Source: Acidimicrobiia bacterium (GTDB lineage: Bacteria > Actinomycetota > Acidimicrobiia > IMCC26256 > JAENVU01). From it: a stretch of DNA of 64,000 nt. Position 1 is the first letter of the stretch. The number at the start of each line of letters is the position of its first letter. The notes beneath the pieces are model-generated. The model made no database searches. It saw nothing but the letters and a program-made list of their open reading frames with translations, and was not told the DNA's origin. The position numbers were made by a program, and so were the translations under genes. The stretch spans positions 1,079 through 65,078 of the forward strand of contig JANYJV010000073.1 of assembly GCA_025361725.1 (NCBI GenBank), written 5' to 3'. Of the stretch, positions 16,506 through 26,314 are shown in pieces.

Positions 16506-16691
16506 TCAGTCTGCGGTGGTGGTGCGGCGCTCGCGGCCAAGTCGTTCGGCGGTCGATACGACCCGGGTGCGGAAGTCCTCGGGTAGCTCGTCGAGGTCGG
16601 TGATCAGCCCCCTTTGGAATGCCTCCGAACGCTCGTCCGGGGTCATCGCATCGAGCACATGAGCGGTGATCGGTTCCGACTTCTCTGGCAC
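16506..16691 (-). CDS. Small acidic hypothetical protein (possible antitoxin partner)
   Basis: The 61-aa ORF MPEKSEPITAHVLDAMTPDERSEAFQRGLITDL lies immediately upstream of 16210..16500. Confidence 0.35.
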   Translation of the reverse strand: MPEKSEPITAHVLDAMTPDERSEAFQRGLITDLDELPEDFRTRVVSTAERLGRERRTTTAD

Positions 16692-16731
16692 GCTCGAATC
16701 CTACCGTTCGTCGCATCGTGATGGCAGTGCG

Positions 16732-19020
16732 TTACTGCTGGCTCATGGTGGCGCGCTCGGCGGACGCGGCGTTTGCCGCTTCGTCCTTCGGGCGTCCGGA
16801 GACGAGCTGGATGTCCACGCGGTCGAGCGTGCCCTCGAACGGGAACGAGTCCGAGTAGCGATCACTCACCGGCGAGCCGTGGTCGTAGCCGACACTCGGG
16901 CCGAGGCTCGAGATGATCCGCATCGCGAACGGGACGTCCATCGCGCCGCACTCCTCACCGTCGATCACGAGCGTGGCGCGCCCGGCATTCCTTTCTTGCC
17001 GGCGGAACCGAACCCCCACCACCGACGCGCCCTCGGGTACATCGCGGTCGGACTCCACCACGTGATGCTCGCCGAAGCAGTTGTAGTCGAGGACCAGTCG
17101 ATCGTTCTGGACGAACACACTGACGCCGGAGTTGCCGTTCCCGGTCGCATAGATGACGCCACCTTGGCCGGTCGCGCGGTCAATGGCGCCGTCGAGATCC
17201 CAGCTGGTGCCGCCGAGCGTGGCACCCACCTGCGCGGGCATCGGCGCCATCGGCGGGCGGTAGGTGTAGTGACGATCCTCGCGGTGGGGTGACCGATCCC
17301 GGAAGCGTGCACCGAAGAGTTCGACGGTCCGGTCGTCGAGCGGCAGCACACCGTGCGCCTCGGCTTCGTCCCACCACATCGCGACGAGCTCGGCAAGTTT
17401 CTCGGGCATCGCGGACGCGAGGTCATTGCACTCCGACCGGTCTTCGGCGAGGTGGTACAGCTCCCACAGATCGTCATCGAACGGCGTTCCCGATTGATGG
17501 CGGGTGACGGCCTTCCACCCGTCGGCGTAGAGCGCGCGATGGCCCATCATCTCGAAGTACTGCACGCCCTTCTCGGTGGGCGCGTCCGGCGCGTCGAAGG
17601 TGGAGAGCATCGACGTTCCGGTGATCGGCATCTGCTCACGGCCGCGATAGATCTCGGGCGCCTCGACGCCGAGTGCTTCGTAGATGGTGGGCACGATGTC
17701 GTTGACGTGGTGGAACTGGTCGCGGAGGTTGGTGGTGCCGCTCTCGCCCGATGAACTGCTCGTGATCCGATCCGGCCAGTGGACGATCAGCGGGACGTGG
17801 ACCCCACCCTCGTGGGTGTTCTGCTTGTACCACTTGAACGGCGTGTTGCCGGCCTGGGACCAACCCCACGGATAGTTGGTGTGACTGTTCGGACCGCCGA
17901 TGTCGTCGATCCGGTCGATCGCCTCGTCCGGTGTCTCCAGAATGAAGTTGAAGAACTTCCACTCGTGCAGCACGCCGAACGGACCGCCCTCTTGGGATGC
18001 GCCGTTGTCGGACAGCAACACGATCATCGTGTTGTCGAGTTCGCCGAGGTGCGTCAACGCACCGACCAGGCGGCCGATCTGCGCGTCGGTGTGGTCGAGG
18101 AAGCCGGCGAATGCTTCTTGGAGGCGAGCCGCGAGCTTCTGGTGATTCTCGGGCATGTCGTCCCACGCGTCGACGCCGGGATTGCGGGGTGCGAGCTGCG
18201 TGTCGGCGGGCAGGAGGCCGCGCTCGATCTGGTTGGCATGCCACTCGGCGCGGGTCACGTCCCATCCGGCGTCGAACGCGCCGCGGTACTTCTCGAGGTA
18301 CTCCGGCGGAGCTTGGTGCGGTGCGTGCGTGGCACCGAACGCGAGGTAGAGGAAGAACGGACGGTCGGGCCGGATGGACTTCGTGTCGTGCACGAACTCG
18401 ATCGCGTGATCGACCAAATCCTCGCTCAAGTGGTAGCCGTCGGTCGCGGACTTGGGCGGGTCCACGTGATGGTTGTCGTACACGAGTTCGGGATGGAACT
18501 GATCGGTCTCGCCGTCGAGGAAGCCGTAGAACCGGTCGAAGCCGCGCTGGCACGGCCACTGGTCGTACGGACCCGCGGCGGATGCGTTCTCCATCTGGCT
18601 AAGGTGCCACTTGCCGACCGCGAACGTGGTGTAGCCCTCGTCTCGGAGGACCTCGGCCGCGGTCGTCGCGTGGTTGGAGATGTGGCCGCGCATGTTGGGG
18701 AAGCCGGTGTTGAAGTTGCTGACCGACCGCATGCCGACCTCGTGATGGTTGCGGCCAGTGAGGAGCGCGGCGCGAGTGGGGGAGCAGAGCGGGGTGACGT
18801 GGAAGTTCGTGTACTGGAGGCCGTTCGCCGCGAGGCGGTCGATGTTCGGCGTCTCGATGCTCGAGCCATAGCAGCCGAAGTGGGAGAAGCCCAGGTCGTC
18901 CAGCAGGATCACCACCACGTTCGGTGCCGCGTCCCCCGGGTGCGGAGCGTCCGGCCACCACGGCGTCGACTCGGCCAGCGTCCGACCGATCGTGCCCTCG
19001 AAGGTTTGGTAGGTAGCCAC
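16732..19020 (-). CDS. Large arylsulfatase (AtsA-like) with a C-terminal ~250-aa beta-sandwich-like extension
   Basis: The translation contains NVVVILLDDLGFSHFGCYG, the C-x-P-x-R motif CSPTRAALLTGRNHH, and GKWHL. GTG at 19020 is preceded by GGGAGA. The upstream ATG at 19137 would run through the low-GC operator region. Confidence 0.85.
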   Translation of the reverse strand: MATYQTFEGTIGRTLAESTPWWPDAPHPGDAAPNVVVILLDDLGFSHFGCYGSSIETPNIDRLAANGLQYTNFHVTPLCSPTRAALLTGRNHHEVGMRSVSNFNTGFPNMRGHISNHATTAAEVLRDEGYTTFAVGKWHLSQMENASAAGPYDQWPCQRGFDRFYGFLDGETDQFHPELVYDNHHVDPPKSATDGYHLSEDLVDHAIEFVHDTKSIRPDRPFFLYLAFGATHAPHQAPPEYLEKYRGAFDAGWDVTRAEWHANQIERGLLPADTQLAPRNPGVDAWDDMPENHQKLAARLQEAFAGFLDHTDAQIGRLVGALTHLGELDNTMIVLLSDNGASQEGGPFGVLHEWKFFNFILETPDEAIDRIDDIGGPNSHTNYPWGWSQAGNTPFKWYKQNTHEGGVHVPLIVHWPDRITSSSSGESGTTNLRDQFHHVNDIVPTIYEALGVEAPEIYRGREQMPITGTSMLSTFDAPDAPTEKGVQYFEMMGHRALYADGWKAVTRHQSGTPFDDDLWELYHLAEDRSECNDLASAMPEKLAELVAMWWDEAEAHGVLPLDDRTVELFGARFRDRSPHREDRHYTYRPPMAPMPAQVGATLGGTSWDLDGAIDRATGQGGVIYATGNGNSGVSVFVQNDRLVLDYNCFGEHHVVESDRDVPEGASVVGVRFRRQERNAGRATLVIDGEECGAMDVPFAMRIISSLGPSVGYDHGSPVSDRYSDSFPFEGTLDRVDIQLVSGRPKDEAANAASAERATMSQQ

Positions 19021-19056
19021 CCGGTATCTCCCATCTGCCGACGCCAGCAATCTAGG

Positions 19057-19079
19057 TATTGACACTCCGACTGTCAATA
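19057..19079. promoter_or_regulatory. Palindromic operator candidate in the sulfatase/GH4 divergent intergenic region
   Basis: TATTGACA-CTCCGAC-TGTCAATA is a perfect 8-bp inverted repeat. It sits in the only AT-richer patch of the spacer. Confidence 0.5.
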
Positions 19080-19175
19080 GTTCGGATGTGCGATCCTCGG
19101 CATATGACTGACGTTCAGAATCTGGGTCATCAGGCACACATCCAACGGGCTGAGTCGCGGGGGTTGCCGGGGGAG

Positions 19176-20516
19176 ATGCCGCGGCCGGTGAAGGTCACCA
19201 TGCTCGGCGCGGGGAGCATGTTCACGCCCGAGTTGGTGAAGGACCTGTTCCTCATCCCGGGGAACGTCGGCGGGACCGTTGCGCTCGTAGACATCGACGA
19301 AGCCCGCCTGACCACGATGACGAAGCTGGTGGAACTGCTCGCCGAGGAGTTCGAGGTGGCGGACCGGTGGACCGTCGAGGCGAACGCCGATCGGCTCGCA
19401 GTGCTGCCCGGCACGGACTACCTCGTCAACTGCATCGAGGTCTCCGGTGTGGACTGCGTGGGCTTCGACTCGGACATTCCCGCGTCCTACGGAGTGGACC
19501 AGTGCATCGGCGACACCATCGGTCCCGGCGGGGTGTTCAAGGGCCTGCGGACGATCCCGGTGTGGCTCGAGGTGCTGGCCGACGTCGAGCGCCTCTGCCC
19601 GCGTGCGCTCGTCCTCAACTACACGAACCCGATGAGCATGATGTGTCTCGCGGCGGCCCGAACGTCGAACGTGGTGGTACTCGGCCTGTGCCACTCCGTG
19701 CAGGCCACGAGCCGGGTGCTCGCAGCGCGCGCCGGGATCAAGTGGTCACAGCTCACGTGGGAGTGCGCAGGAATCAACCACCTGAGTTGGTTCACGCGTC
19801 TGGAGCACGACGGTATGGACCTCTACCCGCAGCTCATGGAACGCGCCCGTCGCGATCTCGCGGGCGACCCGTCGGACGACTGGGACGCCGGTGATCTCGT
19901 GCGCAAGGACATGATGCTGCACTTCGGTGCGTTCATCACCGAGAGCAGTGGACACCTCTCCGAGTACCTGCCGTACTACCGGACGAAGGCCGAGACCCAA
20001 GCGCGGTACTGCGGTGCCGAGTACGACGGCGAGTCGTTCTTCTACGCGACCAACTGGCCGCAGTGGCGCGTGAACGCCGACGCGCAACGTGATCGCATGC
20101 TCGGTGGTGAGGAGACGCCGAACGCGAAGCGATCGTGGGAGTACGCCACGTGGATCATCGAAGCGCGCGAGAAGAATGTTCCGTATTCGATCAACGCCAA
20201 CGTGCCGAACCGCGGTGGTCTGATCGACAACCTCGCGCACGACGGCATCGTCGAGGTCGCGACGATGATCGACCGGACCGGTGCCCGGGCCACTCGCTAC
20301 GGACGGCTGCCCACGCAGATGGCCGCCGTCTGCGCGTCCAACATGCCCACCTACGACCTCGCGGCGCAGGCCGCGATCGAACGGTCGAAAGAGGCGGCGA
20401 TCCTCGCCGTCACCCTGGATCCGTTGACCGCAGCGGTGTCGAGTCCGGCCGAGATCCGCTCCATGGTCCTCGAACTCTTCGACGCCGAAGCCGAATACCT
20501 CCCCGGCTATTCGTGA
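19176..20516 (+). CDS. Glycoside hydrolase family 4 (NAD+/Mn2+-dependent alpha-glucosidase/alpha-galactosidase type)
   Basis: The N-terminal Rossmann motif is KVTMLGAGSMFTPELV, and NYTNPMSMMC, CHSVQ and INHLSWF are present. The alternative start ATG 19104 cannot be excluded. Confidence 0.8.
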   Translation: MPRPVKVTMLGAGSMFTPELVKDLFLIPGNVGGTVALVDIDEARLTTMTKLVELLAEEFEVADRWTVEANADRLAVLPGTDYLVNCIEVSGVDCVGFDSDIPASYGVDQCIGDTIGPGGVFKGLRTIPVWLEVLADVERLCPRALVLNYTNPMSMMCLAAARTSNVVVLGLCHSVQATSRVLAARAGIKWSQLTWECAGINHLSWFTRLEHDGMDLYPQLMERARRDLAGDPSDDWDAGDLVRKDMMLHFGAFITESSGHLSEYLPYYRTKAETQARYCGAEYDGESFFYATNWPQWRVNADAQRDRMLGGEETPNAKRSWEYATWIIEAREKNVPYSINANVPNRGGLIDNLAHDGIVEVATMIDRTGARATRYGRLPTQMAAVCASNMPTYDLAAQAAIERSKEAAILAVTLDPLTAAVSSPAEIRSMVLELFDAEAEYLPGYS

Positions 20517-20540
20517 TCGAGTCGCCGCAGTGCGCGGCGG

Positions 20541-21794
20541 TCAGTGGAACTCGAAGGTGGCGGCGCCGCTGAAGCGGGCCAGTGCCGTCTCGGGTTCTTC
20601 CAGCCTCGGTCCGGCGTTCGGGTCGACGGTGATCTCGTAGGCAACCAGCTCGTCGGCTCGCGTGTCGGCCCGCTCGGCGTCCGAGTGCGGATTGATCGCT
20701 CGGGCGAGCGCGGCGACAGCGCGGTCGCCGTCTTGTATGAGGCCGGCGAGCCAAATGAAGTCGTCGGCTTCGTCGAACATTGGTGACGGCGAGACGGAGA
20801 CCCGGACGCGTGCATCGTCGAGCGCTTCGACGTGCGTTGTCACGTATTCGGGCGGTTGGAACGACGGATGGAGTGCGAGCACGCGGGCGATGGCAGGTGC
20901 GTCGGTGTCGGTGATGCCGTAGGCGCGCACCAATCGCTCGGCGGTGATGGGCGCAACGCCGGTCAGGACGCGCGGTCCGAGTTCGGCAGCGACCTCGGGG
21001 CTCACGCGCTCACTCACGCTGAGCAAGTACGACCGCAGCAGCAAGTGACTCTGAAGGGCGACCTCCGTGAGTGCCGCGATCAGCGTCGCCCGAGAAAGAT
21101 CCTCGAACCGGAGCGCGGGATCGAAGGTGCCTGGATACCCGACTCGACCGTCCGGGTCGGCTTCCTCGGCGATGACCGTGGCCGGCAACGTCGCGGCCAA
21201 CGAGGCGCCGACGATCGCCAGGTTCGGGTGCGCGACGGCCGGTTCGGTCGACGGGTCGATGTCGATGCGCCACGCGCAATGCGGCATCCGATCTGCCGGG
21301 GTGCGGGGCGGGCGGTGAATCGGCCGCATGACCGCGTGTGGGGAGGTTGCCGCCGCGGTCGCGTCGAAGGTGGGGTCCTCGATCGTGTGGCACATGCCCC
21401 GCACCCACTCGTCACCCATCGGTTCCACGTCCATGAGCGCACCGCAGTGACCGAGTTCGAACACCGCGTGGTTCTCGTCGGTGACGGTGATCTGGAAGTC
21501 CATGTACTGGGGCGGCGCGCCGATGTCGATCTGCAGGTTCTTCACGATGGCGACGACGGACTGTCCACCGAAGCCCATGGTCTCCTGCATGCGGAGGGAG
21601 TACAGCGGGCTCGCGGCAGCCCACTCGTCGATCGCGATCTGTTCGGCGCCTTCGCGGTCGACGCCGTGTTGATAGAGCAGCGGGATCCCGACCCGATCCT
21701 GGAGATGGCCGTGCAGCAGCCACTCTCGGAGGAGAATCGCAAGCGCGTCGCGATCGAGATCGGCGAACTGGTCGATGCCCAAAGCTGCGGTCAC
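20541..21794 (-). CDS. Hypothetical protein (417 aa, no confident family assignment)
   Basis: The long ORF has coding-like composition and a GTG start. Cys/His pairs are present (ELGHCGALMD, RGMCHTIEDP). Confidence 0.5.
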   Translation of the reverse strand: MTAALGIDQFADLDRDALAILLREWLLHGHLQDRVGIPLLYQHGVDREGAEQIAIDEWAAASPLYSLRMQETMGFGGQSVVAIVKNLQIDIGAPPQYMDFQITVTDENHAVFELGHCGALMDVEPMGDEWVRGMCHTIEDPTFDATAAATSPHAVMRPIHRPPRTPADRMPHCAWRIDIDPSTEPAVAHPNLAIVGASLAATLPATVIAEEADPDGRVGYPGTFDPALRFEDLSRATLIAALTEVALQSHLLLRSYLLSVSERVSPEVAAELGPRVLTGVAPITAERLVRAYGITDTDAPAIARVLALHPSFQPPEYVTTHVEALDDARVRVSVSPSPMFDEADDFIWLAGLIQDGDRAVAALARAINPHSDAERADTRADELVAYEITVDPNAGPRLEEPETALARFSGAATFEFH

Positions 21795-21818
21795 TGCGGC
21801 CTCTCGCTTTCGTAGGAA

Positions 21819-23024
21819 CTAGTAGGACTTTGGAAGTCCGAGCGACTGTTGGGCGACGAAGTTCAGCACCATCTCCCGGCTGACCGGCGCGATCCGCAGG
21901 AGGCGAACCATGCCCCAGAGGTCGGCGAGTCCGTATTCACTGGACAGCCCGTTCCCCCCGTGGGTCTGGATGGCCGCGTCGAGCGCATGGAGTCCAGCCT
22001 CCGCCGCGGCGTACTTCGCCATATTCGCGGCCTCGGCTGACTGTCTGCTCATCCGCTCGGTGTGGGTGCTCGCGCGGTGCGTCGGGATGCTCCCGAGCTG
22101 TTGGTGGTCGTGGAGCCAGGCGGCTTTGAGGGTCATGAGGCGGGCGAGTTCGACTTCGATCTTGGCGGTGGCGAGAGGGTGGGCGATGCCTTGGTGGCGG
22201 CCGATGGGGGTACCCCAGACCTCCCGATCGTTCGCGTAGGCCGCGGCCTTCCCCAGTGCGTAGCGACCGACGCCGGTGCAGATCGCCGCGCTCATGATGC
22301 GTTCGGGGTTGAGGCCGACGAAGACCTGGCGCAATCCTTCGTCAACGCCTCCGAGCAGCCGATCGGCCGGCACCTCGACGTCGTCGAAGAAGAGGGTGAA
22401 CTGCTTTTCCGGTCCACTGATCTCCATCGGGATCAGCGTGCGTTCGAGGCCGGGCGCATCGGTGTCGACGACGAACAACGACAATCGAGCGCGACCCGAG
22501 TCCGGATCGGTGCTGGTTCGCGTGACCACCACCATCGCGTCGGCTTCGTCGACCCCGGAGATGTAGGTCTTGGATCCGTTCAGGCGATAGACGTCGCCGT
22601 CACGGGTGGCGGTGGTGGCGATGTTGTGGCTGTTCGAACCGGCGTCGGGCTCGGTGATCGCGAAGACCATCTTGGCGCCCTCCGCCATGGGCCGCAGCCA
22701 ACGGTCCTTCTGCGCGGCGGTCCCGAAGGTCGCGATCAGCTCGCCACAGATCGCCGGCGACACGAGGATCAACAACAGCGGACACCCTTGCGCCGCGAGT
22801 TCCTCACAGACAATGGCGAGTTCAACCATTCCGGCACCGCCGCCGCCGTATTCCTCGGGCAGGTGAACGCCGAGGAATCCGAGCTCGCCGATTGCGTCCC
22901 AGAGTTCGGTCGCCCGTTCACCGGCGCGCACCTTCTCGGCGTAGTACTCGTGCCCGTACTTCGCGGCGACGTCTCGAACCGCCGCTCGCAACATCTCATG
23001 TTCGGGGCTCTCGGCGAAGTCCAT
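21819..23024 (-). CDS. Acyl-CoA dehydrogenase
   Basis: ATG at 23024. The translation contains FAITEPDAGSN, YRLNGSKTYISG and QTHGGNGLSSEYGLADLW. There is a ~15-20 aa insertion (LGSIPTHRASTHTERMSRQS) before the C-terminal helices. Confidence 0.85.
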   Translation of the reverse strand: MDFAESPEHEMLRAAVRDVAAKYGHEYYAEKVRAGERATELWDAIGELGFLGVHLPEEYGGGGAGMVELAIVCEELAAQGCPLLLILVSPAICGELIATFGTAAQKDRWLRPMAEGAKMVFAITEPDAGSNSHNIATTATRDGDVYRLNGSKTYISGVDEADAMVVVTRTSTDPDSGRARLSLFVVDTDAPGLERTLIPMEISGPEKQFTLFFDDVEVPADRLLGGVDEGLRQVFVGLNPERIMSAAICTGVGRYALGKAAAYANDREVWGTPIGRHQGIAHPLATAKIEVELARLMTLKAAWLHDHQQLGSIPTHRASTHTERMSRQSAEAANMAKYAAAEAGLHALDAAIQTHGGNGLSSEYGLADLWGMVRLLRIAPVSREMVLNFVAQQSLGLPKSY

Positions 23025-23135
23025 CGGTATCCTCGGCTGCGAACGGTGGGGTGAGTGCGACCAGAAGATACGACGTGACCGGCACCACGCCGGTGCCGAC
23101 GCCCCTGCGGGTCCGAAGGCTTTGGAGGATGAGAC

Positions 23136-23927
23136 GTGCCGGTTGATCTCACGATGCTGGTGGAAGATCTCAAGGCCGAGACCGCCGAGCTGCGCCACGT
23201 GCTCGTGCCGCTGGACGAGCGCGGTTGGAAGACGCCGACGCCGGCACCCGGATGGCGGGTCCAGGAACAGGTCGCACACCTTGCCTATTTCGACGAAGCG
23301 GCGACGACCGCAGCGACCGACGCCGACCAGTTCCAACGCGAACTCGACGAGGCCGTGCGAGACGCCGATGGGATCACCGAACGCATCAGCCGTCGCTCGC
23401 GAACGATGCAACCCGTGGAGGTGCTCGCGTGGTTCGACTCGGCTCGGCGCACGATGATCGAGACGATGCTGTCGCTCGATCCGTCGGCACGCGTTCCCTG
23501 GTACGGGCCGCCGATGAGCGTTGCGTCGTCGCTCACGGCCCGCATCATGGAGACCTGGGCGCACGGGCAGGACGTCTTCGACGCACTTGAACTCGTTCAC
23601 CCGCCGAGCCGGGCGCTGCGTCAGGTCTCACACCTCGGGGTGCAGACCTTCACCAACTCGTTCGTGAGTCATGGTCTCGATGTTCCGGACGTCTCGGTCT
23701 TCGTGGATCTGACCGGGCCGGATGGATCCGTGTGGACCTGGGGTGACCCGACCTCCGACGAACGCATCTCGGGTTACGCATTGGACTTTGCGCTCGTCGT
23801 CACGCAACGCCGTCACGTCGACGACACGAATCTTAAGATCCATGGTCCCGTTGCGGCGGAATGGATGAGCATCGCCCAGGCATTTGCCGGGCCGCCGGGC
23901 GAAGGGCGCTCGCCGACGAAACCGTGA
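23136..23927 (+). CDS. TIGR03084-type DinB/mycothiol-dependent maleylpyruvate-isomerase-N-terminal-domain protein
   Basis: The translation contains LVEDLKAETAELRHVLVPLDERGWKTPTPAPGWRVQEQVAHLAYFDEAA, plus the downstream ETWAHGQDV. Confidence 0.75.
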   Translation: MPVDLTMLVEDLKAETAELRHVLVPLDERGWKTPTPAPGWRVQEQVAHLAYFDEAATTAATDADQFQRELDEAVRDADGITERISRRSRTMQPVEVLAWFDSARRTMIETMLSLDPSARVPWYGPPMSVASSLTARIMETWAHGQDVFDALELVHPPSRALRQVSHLGVQTFTNSFVSHGLDVPDVSVFVDLTGPDGSVWTWGDPTSDERISGYALDFALVVTQRRHVDDTNLKIHGPVAAEWMSIAQAFAGPPGEGRSPTKP

Positions 23928-23939
23928 GGTCCGCTCGCT

Positions 23940-25223
23940 TCAGCCGCGGGTCTCGACGGAGACGCGGCTCACGGTGGGAAACGCGCAGTAGTAGAGGTCG
24001 CGTCCGAACCCCGGCGCGAGAAACACCACGCTCTGCAGCGGACTGCCGGTGTCCACTCGTCCGAGTTCGGTGCCGGTTTCGATGTCGAGGACGACGATCT
24101 GGTCCATCATTCGCTCACCGTCGTGATCGGCGGTGACGAGTTCACCGGTATCCGGATACAGCAGCGGATGGCACGCGTGGTTCTGCTCACGGGACCAACG
24201 TGGCGTGCACGCGCCGTCGGCTCCGATGTCGAAGGCGGCGAGGATGCCGTTCGCGCTGTCGTAGCCCACGGCGATACCGCGGCTCATGTCGATCGCCGGT
24301 GGGTTGGCGACGATGCCGTTGGGCAACCCGCAGATCTCGGTGAGTGAGACGTCCGCAGTCATGAGGTCCACCCGCACCAGATGAAGTGGGGCATCAGAGA
24401 GCCCGTGCCCACGAAACGTTCCCGCGTACGCCTCGCTGCCGGCACCGTTGTCGAGGAACCACGCCGCGCCACCCGTGATCACCGCGTCCCAGCCGTAGGT
24501 CTGGCCGGCGACGGTTCGGTAACGCGGCCGGAACGTCTCGTCGAGCGTGAGCTCGGTCCCGTCCCAGCGCGCACGGGAGAGGTGGGTGTCACCGACGACG
24601 TAGATCGCGTCGCCGTCCGCCGAGAGGCGGGCGATGGAACGCTCGGGGATCGTGGCGCGCGCCACGATGTCGAGACCTTCCGGGTTCACGACGAGCAGTT
24701 CGCACGAGTCGTCGCCGATCATCTCCACGCCTGCGAGCAGCGTGCCGCCGAAGTCCTTCAGCGCGAGATGGCCGTCGGGCAGGATGACGAAGCTGTTGTA
24801 GGGCCGGTCGCGCGGGAGTTCGACACGTGCCTCGACCTCGAGGCCGGGGCTGAGTCGGTGGAGGTGTCGTCCGAACGCGACGTACAAGGAGCCGTTTGCA
24901 TGCGCGGCCAACCCGCCCGGCCAGGTCTTCCCGCCGACGAGATCGGCCGAACGCGTCACGAGTTCGAGTGTCGTGGGATCGATCTTCTCCACCCAGGCGA
25001 TGGCGTCGTTTCCCCCGGTGTGGCACAGGAGATACACCTCGCCCGGTTCGCGCAGCACCACCATCGTGGAGACGACGGCGTCCCGGCTCGTGACCGCGAG
25101 GTGATCGGTCGGGAGGATGCCGAGCCCCGTCCCCGCCCGGGGGATGGCGGTGCGCTGAGGACCGCCGTCCTCACCGGGCCAGCGACTCGGCCAGTATCCC
25201 GTCGAGACTTCCGAAATGGTCAT
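23940..25223 (-). CDS. Hypothetical protein, probably all-beta (beta-propeller-like)
   Basis: ATG at 25223. The sequence shows repetitive strand-like segments. No catalytic motif was recognised. Confidence 0.4.
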   Translation of the reverse strand: MTISEVSTGYWPSRWPGEDGGPQRTAIPRAGTGLGILPTDHLAVTSRDAVVSTMVVLREPGEVYLLCHTGGNDAIAWVEKIDPTTLELVTRSADLVGGKTWPGGLAAHANGSLYVAFGRHLHRLSPGLEVEARVELPRDRPYNSFVILPDGHLALKDFGGTLLAGVEMIGDDSCELLVVNPEGLDIVARATIPERSIARLSADGDAIYVVGDTHLSRARWDGTELTLDETFRPRYRTVAGQTYGWDAVITGGAAWFLDNGAGSEAYAGTFRGHGLSDAPLHLVRVDLMTADVSLTEICGLPNGIVANPPAIDMSRGIAVGYDSANGILAAFDIGADGACTPRWSREQNHACHPLLYPDTGELVTADHDGERMMDQIVVLDIETGTELGRVDTGSPLQSVVFLAPGFGRDLYYCAFPTVSRVSVETRG

Positions 25224-25264
25224 CGCGTGATCCTCGCAGACGCGCCGGATGCGAGACTGGGGGC

Positions 25265-26305
25265 GTGACCGACGACATCGACCTGGTTCGCGCTCGTCTC
25301 CGTGACGCCGGCGCGTCGAATGCCGATCTGGACGCAGCAACCAGCTTGGACATGCTCTACCGACTCGCGGGTGACATGGGGAACCGGCCGGACGGCGAGC
25401 AGGTCAACCTGCGCGAGATCGCCGCTCGAGCCGAGGTTGCCGTCGACGTGGTCCAAGCGTTTCTCCGTTCCGCCGGGCTCGCCGCCGACGATCCCGATGC
25501 GCCGGTGTGGTACTCGTCGGATGTCGAATGGGTTCGAGCCGCGAACGCCGCTCGCAGTGCGTTCGGGGACGAGGCGATCTCGGTCATCCTCCGTCGTTCG
25601 GGGGCGGCGATGTCGCAGCTCTCGACCGCCGCCTCCTCGGTGTTCCGCGTCAACCTCGTCGATGTGGACACCGTGGATCCCATGACGATCGTGGAGCGCA
25701 ACCTCGCGACCCGGCCGTTGATCGACGCCTTACTCGCGGTGGTCTCCCAGCTCTACCGCTACCACTCCCGGCTTTCGTTCCGTGACGACACGGTTGCGGC
25801 CGGCTCGTTCGGCGAACTGCGCGCAATGACGGTGGGTTTCGTCGATCTGGCATCGTCGACCGAACTCGGTTCTCGGTTGAGCGCCGAGGAACTGGCGCGT
25901 TCGATCAACGACTTCAACCGGGAAGCCTTCGACGCCGCGACCCGTCATGGGGCGCGGCTGGTCAAGACGATCGGCGACGAAGTGATGCTGTGCGCGCTGG
26001 ACCCGAACGCGGTGTGTCGAGCGGCGCTGGCCCTCGTAGCGTTCAGTCACGAGCACCCGACGTTCACGACCGCGCGTGGTGGGATCGCCCACGGCGACGT
26101 GCTCGACCAGGACGGAGACTGCTACGGACCGATCGTGAACCGTGCTGCGCGATTCGTGGAGTCCGCGCCCGACGGCAGGGTCATGGTCGACGCCGCGGTC
26201 GCCGGAGCGCTCGGCCCCGAGTTCACAACGACCCGGCAACCCACGATGGAGCATCGGGGACTGGGCCTCGTCGAATGGTCGGCCGTCGTGCGAGCCCGCG
26301 GCTGA
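25265..26305 (+). CDS. Class III adenylate/guanylate cyclase domain protein with an unassigned N-terminal ~170-aa domain
   Basis: The translation contains MTVGFVDLASSTELG, LVKTIGDEVML and YGPIVNRAARF. Confidence 0.8.
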   Translation: MTDDIDLVRARLRDAGASNADLDAATSLDMLYRLAGDMGNRPDGEQVNLREIAARAEVAVDVVQAFLRSAGLAADDPDAPVWYSSDVEWVRAANAARSAFGDEAISVILRRSGAAMSQLSTAASSVFRVNLVDVDTVDPMTIVERNLATRPLIDALLAVVSQLYRYHSRLSFRDDTVAAGSFGELRAMTVGFVDLASSTELGSRLSAEELARSINDFNREAFDAATRHGARLVKTIGDEVMLCALDPNAVCRAALALVAFSHEHPTFTTARGGIAHGDVLDQDGDCYGPIVNRAARFVESAPDGRVMVDAAVAGALGPEFTTTRQPTMEHRGLGLVEWSAVVRARG

Positions 26306-26314
26306 CGCGGCTCG

